Positions 1 to 6,984 of a stretch of 52,473 nt of DNA are shown piece after piece. Position numbers and translations under genes: made by a program. Position 1 is the stretch's first letter. Every line of letters starts with the position of its first letter. This DNA comes from Polyangiaceae bacterium (GTDB lineage Bacteria; Myxococcota_A; Polyangia; Polyangiales; Polyangiaceae), in NCBI GenBank assembly GCA_035063585.1, contig JAPSGB010000032.1:1-52473 (forward strand), written 5' to 3'. Below the pieces are notes generated by a model, which worked only from the letters and a program-made list of their open reading frames with translations, searched no databases and was not told the DNA's origin.

Positions 1-212
1 AAGCTGTTGACCAACGGGGCCGACTGTTGATCGCCGGGTACGCAGTTAAACGCCTCTCGGCTTCTCTCTCCCCACGGGACAGGAGAGAGAGCGGGAGAGC
101 TGTCCCACGCGGCGCTCATCGCGCTCGCTCGGCGCTCTCTGCGAGCAGCCGCGAGAGCGCCGCAGCAACACGCGCAGCGCGCGAAACGCTCGGAGTTCTG
201 CGGAGAAACGGC

Positions 213-244
213 GAAGCCCCCTCGGATCGCTCCTTGGGGGCTTC
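213..244 (-). terminator. Hairpin downstream of tRNA-Asn, probable intrinsic terminator
   Basis: GAAGCCCCC (213-221) and GGGGGCTTC (236-244) form a perfect inverted repeat about 40 nt past the tRNA CCA end; the U-tract is weak. Confidence 0.5.
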
Positions 245-285
245 TGTTTACCGACCCTCGCCGTTGGTTGGCGACGAGAGAAAAA

Positions 286-361
286 TGGCTCCAGCTGCTG
301 GACTCGAACCAGCGACCCGGCGGTTAACAGCCGCCTGCTCTACCGACTGAGCTAAGCTGGA
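286..361 (-). tRNA. tRNA-Asn (GTT)
   Basis: Reverse complement folds into a 76-nt cloverleaf: acceptor TCCAGCT/AGCTGGA, D-arm GCTC/GAGC, anticodon arm GGCGG-CT GTT AA-CCGCC, T-arm GCTGG-TTCGAGT-CCAGC, encoded CCA. Confidence 0.98.
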
Positions 362-377
362 ATGTTCGGAGGCCGAG

Positions 378-405
378 AGCCTAGTCGGCGCCTCCTCCGA
401 GTCAA
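378..405 (-). promoter_or_regulatory. Sigma70-type promoter of tRNA-Asn
   Basis: TTGACT-16 nt-TAGGCT on the minus strand, just upstream of the tRNA 5' end. Confidence 0.7.
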
Positions 406-420
406 GCGCATCTCACCTCG

Positions 421-664
421 CGAATCCCGCGCCGCCCCGGCCTCCCCTCCCGCATCTCTTCCTGCTGGCCGTAGCGGCGAACCTCGCGCTCCGAATCCCG
501 CGCCGCCCCGGCCTCCCCTCCCGCATCTCTTCCTGCTGGCCGTAGCGGCGAACCTCGCGCTCCGAATCCCGCGCCGCCCCGGCCTCCCCTCTCGCATCTC
601 TTCCTACTGGCCCTACCGACGAACCTCGCGCTCCGAATCCCGCGCCGCCCCGGCCTCCCCTCCC
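421..664. repeat. Tandem repeat array A, 71-bp unit, about 3.4 copies
   Basis: Unit starting CGAATCCCGCGCCGCCCCGGCCTCCCCT at 421, 492, 563 and 634; copies 1 and 2 identical, copy 3 has several substitutions, copy 4 is partial. Confidence 0.95.
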
Positions 665-749
665 CGGCCGCTCCCTGCTCGCGCCGCCCTCGGCCTTACT
701 CCTCCTCTCGCCCGCATCCGCGCCTCCACGCGTGCGCCCCGCCTCCGAA

Positions 750-928
750 CCCTCGTGCGCGGGGCGTCCACCGCCGCCCGTCCTTTCGCCCAATGCCGGG
801 CTCGCCTCGGGGGCCCGTGGCCCTCGTGCGCGGGGCGTCCACCGCCGCGCTTCCCTTCGCCCAATGCCGGGCTCGCCTCGAGGGCCCGTGGCCCTCGTGC
901 ACGGGGCGTCCACCGCCGCCCGTCCTTT
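750..928. repeat. Tandem repeat array B, 71-bp unit, about 2.5 copies
   Basis: Unit starting CCCTCGTGC(G/A)CGGGGCGTCCACCGCCGC at 750, 821 and 892; sequence differs from array A. Confidence 0.93.
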
Positions 929-991
929 CCTGCGCCGCCCCGCGGACGCGAGGTTGACGCCTCGGCCGGCTGGGTGCGATAGCGTCGCGGC

Positions 992-2527
992 GTGAGTGAG
1001 GCCGAGGAGAAAGACGTCGCCCGCCAGGCGGGCCGCGGAGGGCTCGCGGTCGCGGCGGCCAAGATCTACTTCATGCTGTTCGGGCTCGTGCAGCAGATCG
1101 CCCTGCCGCGCGTGCTCGGGCTCGGGGGCTACGGCGCCCTCTCGAACGTGCTGAGCGCCGCGCAAATCGCCTATAACCCGATCACCGCGACCAGCATCCA
1201 GGGCGTGAGCCGCGCGGTCGCCTCCTCGCCCGACGACGAGCAGCCCGCCGCGATCCGCCGCACGCTCGTCATCCACACCGCCCTCACCGCGCCGCTCGCG
1301 GTCGCCTTCTACCTCCTCGCCGACCCCATCGCCCACTGGATGGGCGCTCCGCACATCATCCTCGGGCTCCGCATCGTGAGCGGCGTCCTCCTCTTCTACG
1401 GCCTCTACACCCCCTTCATCGGCGTCCTGAACGGCCAGAAGCGCTTCACGCGCCAGGCCGCGCTCGACATCGCCTACACCACCCTCCGCACCGCCGCCCT
1501 GGTCGGCGTGAGCTGGTGGTTCATGCGCCGCTGGGGGCTCGGCGTGGAGGGCGCGGTGACGGGGTTCGTCGGAGCCTCGGCGCTCATCGTGCTCGTGGCC
1601 GGCTGGATGGTGGGGTTGGGCCGGCGCGGAACAGGCGGGCCGCGCCTCATCGATCATCTGAAATTCATCGCGCCGCTGCTGGTCGGCCAGGTGCTGCTCA
1701 ACCTGCTCCTCCAGGCCGACCTCACCTTGCTTCGCAAGTTCAGCGCCGAGTCCGCCGCGGCGGCGGGCCTCGCGCTCACCGCCGCCGATCCGCTGGTCGG
1801 CGCCTACCGCGCCACCCAGCTCTTCTCCTTCCTCCCCTTCCAGCTCCTCTTCGCCGTCACCTTCATCCTCTTCCCGATGCTCGCCACCGCCGCGCGTGAC
1901 GGGGACGAGGCCGCGGTCGCGCGCTACGTGCAAACGGGCGTCCGTCTCTCCCTCCTGCTGGTCGGCGCGATGGTGAGCGTCACCTCGGGGCTCTCGGCGC
2001 CGCTCCTCCGCCTCGTCTTCCCGGCGGAGGCCGCCGAGCTCGGCGGGCACGCGATGCAGCTGCTCACCCTCGGGATGGGCGCCTTCGCCATCTTCAGCAT
2101 GTTCACCACGGTCCTCAACAGCCTGAAACGAGAGCGCGCGGCGACGGTCGTCACCGGCGTCGCGTTCGCGCTGGTCGTCGCCGGCTGCTACCTCGGCGTG
2201 CGCGGACAGCCGTTCGGCGAGACCCTCCTCTTCCGCTCGGCCATCGCGACCTCGAGCGCGCTCTTGCTCGCCACGCTGGTCGCTGCGCTGATGGTGAAGC
2301 GCGCGGCGCGCGCGGTCGTCCAGCCGGCGAGCCTCGCGCGGGTCGGCCTGGCGACGGGCGCGGCCATCCTGCTCGGGCGCCTCCTCCCCTATCACGGCAA
2401 GGCCCTGACCCTCGGCTACGCCGGCCTCGTGGCGATCGTCTACCTCGTCGTCCTCGTCGTCACCCGCGAGCTCGGCCGCGCCGATCTCGAGCTCGTGCGA
2501 ACGGTCGTCTCCCGCAAGAAATCCTGA
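992..2527 (+). CDS. MOP superfamily flippase (MurJ/Wzx-like oligosaccharide or lipid II flippase)
   Basis: 511 aa with roughly 14 hydrophobic segments; LPRVLGLGGYG N-terminal motif and VGAYRAT...FPMLA second-half motif typical of polysaccharide/MurJ flippases; GTG start. Confidence 0.8.
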   Translation: MSEAEEKDVARQAGRGGLAVAAAKIYFMLFGLVQQIALPRVLGLGGYGALSNVLSAAQIAYNPITATSIQGVSRAVASSPDDEQPAAIRRTLVIHTALTAPLAVAFYLLADPIAHWMGAPHIILGLRIVSGVLLFYGLYTPFIGVLNGQKRFTRQAALDIAYTTLRTAALVGVSWWFMRRWGLGVEGAVTGFVGASALIVLVAGWMVGLGRRGTGGPRLIDHLKFIAPLLVGQVLLNLLLQADLTLLRKFSAESAAAAGLALTAADPLVGAYRATQLFSFLPFQLLFAVTFILFPMLATAARDGDEAAVARYVQTGVRLSLLLVGAMVSVTSGLSAPLLRLVFPAEAAELGGHAMQLLTLGMGAFAIFSMFTTVLNSLKRERAATVVTGVAFALVVAGCYLGVRGQPFGETLLFRSAIATSSALLLATLVAALMVKRAARAVVQPASLARVGLATGAAILLGRLLPYHGKALTLGYAGLVAIVYLVVLVVTRELGRADLELVRTVVSRKKS

Positions 2528-2535
2528 GCCGGCGC

Positions 2536-3462
2536 TCAGCTCCCGCCGCCGATCGCCTCGCGCACGAAGAGCTCCTCGAGCGTCTCCTGGTGCGAGGTCA
2601 CCTCGACGACCTCGATCCCCCGCGCGAGCGCGGCCTCGAGCAGCTCGCGGAGCTTCGCTCGCCCGTCGAGGTGCACGATCACCCGATCGGACACGCGCGT
2701 CGCCGAGAGCCCGCGCTCGCGCACGAGCTCGTCGGTCGCGCCAGCGAGCACCACGTCGACCCGCTGCACGTCGCGGCGCAGGAGCTCGTCGAGCTTGCCG
2801 CTCACCACCACCTGGCCGCGCCGGAGGATGATCACGCGGTCGCACATCGACTCGACATCCGAGAGAATGTGCGTCGAAAAGAAGATGGTGCGGCCCTGCT
2901 TGCGCTCCTCGAGGATGATCTCGCGCACCTCCTTGCGCCCGACCGGATCGAGCCCGCTCATCGGCTCGTCGAGCACGAGCAACTCGGGCTCGGCGACCAG
3001 CGCCGCGGCGAGCCCGGTGCGCTGCAGCATCCCCTTCGAGAGCCGCCGCACGGGGCGGTCGGCGGCATACAGCATCCCGACCCGCTCGAGCACGGTTCGC
3101 GTCCGCTCGCGGAGCGCCTTGCCCTTCTGCCCCGAGAGCCGCCCGCACAGCTCGACGAACTCGGTCGGCGTGAGGTACGGATACACGTACGGGTTCTCGG
3201 GCATGAACCCGAGCCGCGCCATGGCCCGCGGGCTCGGGATCGGCTCTCCGAAGATCGTGGCGCGCCCCGCGGTCGGCTGGATGAGCCCGGTCAACATCTT
3301 GATGGCGGTGGTCTTTCCCGCGCCGTTCGGCCCGAGGAAGCCGCACACCTCGCCCTCGTTCACCTCGAACGAGATCCCGCGCACCGCCTCCACCCGCCGC
3401 ATCAGGAGCCCCTGGCGAAACGTCTTCTCCAGCCCCTCGACCCGGATCAGCGGCTCACTCAC
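2536..3462 (-). CDS. ABC transporter ATP-binding protein (ABC-2 type, PilH/CcmA-like)
   Basis: Walker A GPNGAGKT, signature LSKGMLQR, Walker B LVLDEP, H-loop FSTH. Confidence 0.93.
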   Translation of the reverse strand: MSEPLIRVEGLEKTFRQGLLMRRVEAVRGISFEVNEGEVCGFLGPNGAGKTTAIKMLTGLIQPTAGRATIFGEPIPSPRAMARLGFMPENPYVYPYLTPTEFVELCGRLSGQKGKALRERTRTVLERVGMLYAADRPVRRLSKGMLQRTGLAAALVAEPELLVLDEPMSGLDPVGRKEVREIILEERKQGRTIFFSTHILSDVESMCDRVIILRRGQVVVSGKLDELLRRDVQRVDVVLAGATDELVRERGLSATRVSDRVIVHLDGRAKLRELLEAALARGIEVVEVTSHQETLEELFVREAIGGGS

Positions 3463-3725
3463 CCCGCGAGCCTACCGAGGCCGCCCCGGCGAGGCCAGCA
3501 CGAGCGGGGGGTCCCCGCGCCGCGGCGCCGCCGCGAGAGCCGCGAAACCGCTTGGAAACCAGGGCCCGGGGCAGCCTCGGCCGCGGCCCGCACGCGCCGG
3601 TCTCGCGCCCCGAATGTTCTGTCGTTTCGGCTCGCGCGAGATCGGTGGTAAAACCGCGCCCGGCTGAGCCGAGCTCGAGAGGCTCGCGCCCGTCTTACCG
3701 CTGACAAGAGAGAACAAGAGGGAAC

Positions 3726-6161
3726 ATGATTCGGAGAGTCGGTTTCGCGTCCCTGTCCCTGCTCGCCACCCTCGCCGCGACGGCCACGGCCTCGGCGCAG
3801 CAATTCCCCTCTGACCAGCCGTCGAGCGAGCCGCCGCCCGCGGGCGCGCCGCCAGCCGCGGCGGCGCCGGCGCCCGCGGCCGCGCCGCCGGCCGCGCCGG
3901 AGCAGCAACCCGGCCTCGCCCCGGCTCCAGCCCCGGCCCAGCCGGGCTACGGCGCGAGCGGCGGAGCGAGCTTCGGCGCCGGCGGCTTCCAGTACGGCGC
4001 GAGCGCGACCGGCGGCGGCGGCGCGCCCGCGCCCGCCGCGATGTCGGACGAGGACGAGCGCGCGTGGCGCGCCTACTCACTCAAGCTGCACAACAACCTC
4101 GACGGCGGCATCGGGCTGCTCCGCCTGCACGACGCCGGCTCGGCCGCGCCGGGGACGTTCCGCATGTCGTTCATCTCGAGCTACTTCAGCGGCTCGGGCT
4201 TCCTCTGCGACGGCTCGAGCACCAGCTGCCCGAGCCCCACCGGCGGAAAGCGCGAGAGCGACAGCGTGAGCCAGATCGGCGCGCACCTCGGGCTCTCGGC
4301 GACCATCCTGCCGTTCTTCGAGGCGTACGCGGGGCTCCACTCGCGCGCGACCTCGAACGACCAGGGGCGCCCGCAGCTCCTCCAGGTGCTCGGGGACTCG
4401 AACTTGGGCGTCAAATTCTTCCTGCCCTACGCGCCCGATCGGATCTTCAACGTGGGCGGCGAGGCCGAGCTCTGGCTCCTCAACGGGACCGGCAGCGTGG
4501 GCCTCGACGGCAGCGGCACGAGCGTCGCGCTCCGCGCGCTCGGCACCGTCGATTTCAACAACCGCACCGACCCCGCCAAGCGCGTCCCGCTGAAGCTCGA
4601 CGTCAACTTCGGGTACCTCTTCGACCGCTCGGGCAACCTCGTGGAGGACGTCGAGGCGCAGCGCGGCAAGGCGGCCGGGATCGATCGCCTCCCCATCAGC
4701 CGCATCGAGCGCTTCGGGCTGGCCATCAACCGCGTCGACAGCATGCGGATCGGCCTCGGCGCCGAGGGCATGTTCTCGGTGCTTCGCCCCTTCGTCGAGT
4801 GGACCATCGACGTGCCGGTGAACCGCCAGGGCTACACCTGCAACGCGACGCGGGCCGCGACCGTCGGCGACGGGTGCCTCGGCAACGACGCGGGCTTCGG
4901 CACCAGCCCGTCGCGCATCACGCTCGGCGCGCGCGCCATGCCCTGGCAGGGCCTCGGGCTGCTCGCCGCGGTGGACATCGGCACCGGCGCGACCTCGAGC
5001 TTCATCGAGGAGGTCGCCCCGCAGGCGCCGTGGACGCTCTACCTCGGGGTCGGCTTCGCGGTGGACACCGTGCCGCCGAAGCCGGTCATCAAGGAGGTCG
5101 CCTCCGCCGCGCCGCCGCCTCCGGCCGCGCCGCCCGAGTACTTCATCGAGGGCTCGGTGGTCGACAAGACCTCGGGCGAGGCCATCCCGAACGCGATCCT
5201 CCGCTACGACGGGCGCGCCCTCACCGGCATGGTGGCCGGGCCGGACGGGAAATTCCGCACCGCCAACCTCGCGCCCGGCGCCTACACGCTCAGCGTGACC
5301 GCCGACGGCTACCGCGACGCGCAGTGCTCGGCGACCATCACCGCCGCCAGCCCGGGCGGGTATGGCTACGCGCCGTACGGCCAGCCCGGAATGGCCCAGC
5401 CGGGAATGGGTCAGCCCGGAATGGCCCAGCCCGGAATGGCACCGCCGCCCGGCGGCGCGCCGAGCACGGGCTCGCCCACCGTCACCACCATCCAGTGTCA
5501 GCTCGAGGCGCTGCCCAAGGTCGGCAACGTCGTCGGTCAGGTGGTGGACTCGGAGGGTGGCGCGCCGGTCGGCAACGCCAAGATCAAGATCGCCGACAAG
5601 CTCGGCCGCGAGCTCGAGCTGCAGGCCGACGCGAGCGGCGCGTTCCGCTTCGAGAACGTGCCGCCCGGCCAGGTGACGCTCACGGTCACCGCGGACGGGT
5701 ACCTGCTCAGCGTGACGCAGCTCGAGGTCCGTGCGCGCGAGGACATGAAGGCGAGCATCTCGCTGAACAAGCGCCCCGCGCGGCCGAGCGTCACGGTCAC
5801 CTTCAACGAGCTCAAGCTGGCCAAGCAGATCCACTTCCAGCACAACTCCGCGGCGATCCTCCCGGACTCGATGGGCGTGCTCGAGGAGCTCGCGGACGTC
5901 CTCCGCTCGCACCCCGAGCTCCAGAAGGTGGAGATCCAAGGGCACACCGACAACACGGGCTCCGCCCCCTACAATCTCCGGCTCAGCCAAGAGCGCGCCG
6001 ACGCGGTGCGCTCGACCCTGATGTCGCTCGGCGTGGACGGGATGCGGCTCGCCGCCAAGGGCTACGGCCAGGACAAGCCCATCGCCCCGAACAACACCGA
6101 CGCGAACCGGGCCAAGAACCGCCGCGTCCAGATCATCATCCTCGAGAAGGCGAAGAAGTAG
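3726..6161 (+). CDS. OmpA-family outer-membrane protein: beta-barrel-like N-domain, two carboxypeptidase-regulatory-like beta-sandwiches, OmpA peptidoglycan-binding C-domain
   Basis: Signal peptide ending ASA-Q; GAGGGA RBS; C-terminal IQGHTDNTG..NLRLSQERA..GYGQDKP..NRRV; two GxVVD..G.PI/V.NA repeats. Confidence 0.88.
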   Translation: MIRRVGFASLSLLATLAATATASAQQFPSDQPSSEPPPAGAPPAAAAPAPAAAPPAAPEQQPGLAPAPAPAQPGYGASGGASFGAGGFQYGASATGGGGAPAPAAMSDEDERAWRAYSLKLHNNLDGGIGLLRLHDAGSAAPGTFRMSFISSYFSGSGFLCDGSSTSCPSPTGGKRESDSVSQIGAHLGLSATILPFFEAYAGLHSRATSNDQGRPQLLQVLGDSNLGVKFFLPYAPDRIFNVGGEAELWLLNGTGSVGLDGSGTSVALRALGTVDFNNRTDPAKRVPLKLDVNFGYLFDRSGNLVEDVEAQRGKAAGIDRLPISRIERFGLAINRVDSMRIGLGAEGMFSVLRPFVEWTIDVPVNRQGYTCNATRAATVGDGCLGNDAGFGTSPSRITLGARAMPWQGLGLLAAVDIGTGATSSFIEEVAPQAPWTLYLGVGFAVDTVPPKPVIKEVASAAPPPPAAPPEYFIEGSVVDKTSGEAIPNAILRYDGRALTGMVAGPDGKFRTANLAPGAYTLSVTADGYRDAQCSATITAASPGGYGYAPYGQPGMAQPGMGQPGMAQPGMAPPPGGAPSTGSPTVTTIQCQLEALPKVGNVVGQVVDSEGGAPVGNAKIKIADKLGRELELQADASGAFRFENVPPGQVTLTVTADGYLLSVTQLEVRAREDMKASISLNKRPARPSVTVTFNELKLAKQIHFQHNSAAILPDSMGVLEELADVLRSHPELQKVEIQGHTDNTGSAPYNLRLSQERADAVRSTLMSLGVDGMRLAAKGYGQDKPIAPNNTDANRAKNRRVQIIILEKAKK
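5382..5441 (+). repeat. Intragenic 15-bp tandem repeat x4 (QPGMA/QPGMG)
   Basis: CAGCC(C/G)GGAATGG(C/G)N repeated four times inside the OmpA-family gene. Confidence 0.85.
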
Positions 6162-6172
6162 CGGTCGGAGCG

Positions 6173-6200
6173 GCGCGGCCGGCGGGGGGGCCGGTCGCGC
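6173..6200. terminator. GC hairpin between the convergent OmpA and rbfA genes
   Basis: GCGCGGCCGGC / GCCGGTCGCGC stem with one G-U pair; no U-tract. Confidence 0.35.
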
Positions 6201-6230
6201 GCGACCCGCGCGGTGCCCGGCGCAGGCGGC

Positions 6231-6602
6231 TCAGCGCGGCTTCTCGCCGTCGATCTCGCGGAGCAGCTCGTCCACCCGTCGAGCCGCGTCGGGCCCCGTG
6301 TCGTAGGCGAAGACGAGCGCGGGGAGCTTCTTCAAGTCGAGCATGGGGCCGAGCAGGTGCCGCATCCGCCCCGCGGCGCGCGTGAGGCTCCGGAGCGCTG
6401 CGGCGCGCGCGCGCGCGTCGTCTTCGCCCACCAAGAGCCGCACCGACACGCGCGCCGTGGAAAGATCGTCGGCCACCGCGATGCCGGTCACGACCACCGC
6501 GGCGAGCCGCGGATCGTCGAGCTCGCGCGACATGATGTCGCCGAGCGCGGCGCGGAGCGCGCCCGCGACCCGGTCGGCGCGCCGCCCGCCACCCTCGCTC
6601 AT
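6231..6602 (-). CDS. rbfA: 30S ribosome-binding factor A
   Basis: RADRV...LDDPRL..VVVTGIAVADDLSTARV...PALVFAYD; last gene of the infB operon; start reassigned to ATG 6602. Confidence 0.93.
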   Translation of the reverse strand: MSEGGGRRADRVAGALRAALGDIMSRELDDPRLAAVVVTGIAVADDLSTARVSVRLLVGEDDARARAAALRSLTRAAGRMRHLLGPMLDLKKLPALVFAYDTGPDAARRVDELLREIDGEKPR

Positions 6603-6982
6603 GGCTCGCCCTCCTCGTCGGGCTCGAAGCCGAAGCGCTCCCCGGCGAGGCCTTCGAAGGGCGCGAGGCTCGCGCGGAGCTCTCGCCCGCCGTCGCCGAA
6701 CGGGATGAGCTCGGTCGCGAGCTCGGCCACTCGCGCATCGGCGAGCGAGCGCGCGAGCTCGGCGACGCGCGCGAGCGTCTCTCGACAGCGCGACGCGTCC
6801 CCCGAGACCACCGCGACGCCGAGCGTCGCACGTTGATGAAGCTCCACGTCTCCGACCTCCGCCACGCTCACCGGCAAGCGGGCGCGCGCGCGATCCTTGA
6901 AGCTCCGCACCGCCCGGCGGCGGTCCTTCAGAGACCGCGCGCCAGGGATCGAGAGCACGATCCGGGCGACGCCCACGAACAT
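6599..6982 (-). CDS. DUF503 (YlxP) family protein
   Basis: MFVG..IPGARSLKDRR...VSVAEVGDVELHQRATLGVAVVS; standard position between infB and rbfA. Confidence 0.9.
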   Translation of the reverse strand: MFVGVARIVLSIPGARSLKDRRRAVRSFKDRARARLPVSVAEVGDVELHQRATLGVAVVSGDASRCRETLARVAELARSLADARVAELATELIPFGDGGRELRASLAPFEGLAGERFGFEPDEEGEP

Positions 6983-6984
6983 GG

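Noticed and set aside
45..106. GTTAAAC plus pseudoknot as a -1 frameshift signal
   Set aside because: No credible coding frame runs through it within the window, and the 11-nt spacer is long; kept only as a structural observation
421..928. CRISPR array interpretation of the 71-bp periodic repeats
   Set aside because: Whole units are repeated with no unique spacers, and there are no cas genes in the window
27..1062. ORFs 27..350, 362..982, 352..597 and 613..1062
   Set aside because: They overlap the tRNA or the non-triplet repeats and translate to Arg/Pro/Ala-rich text with no family motifs
413..3346. 977-aa minus-strand ORF and similar long ORFs (4064..6385, 7378..9243, 10061..12154, 14554..16746, 23579..27124, 37283..38947)
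   Set aside because: Shadow frames of well-supported genes; stop codons are rare at this GC content
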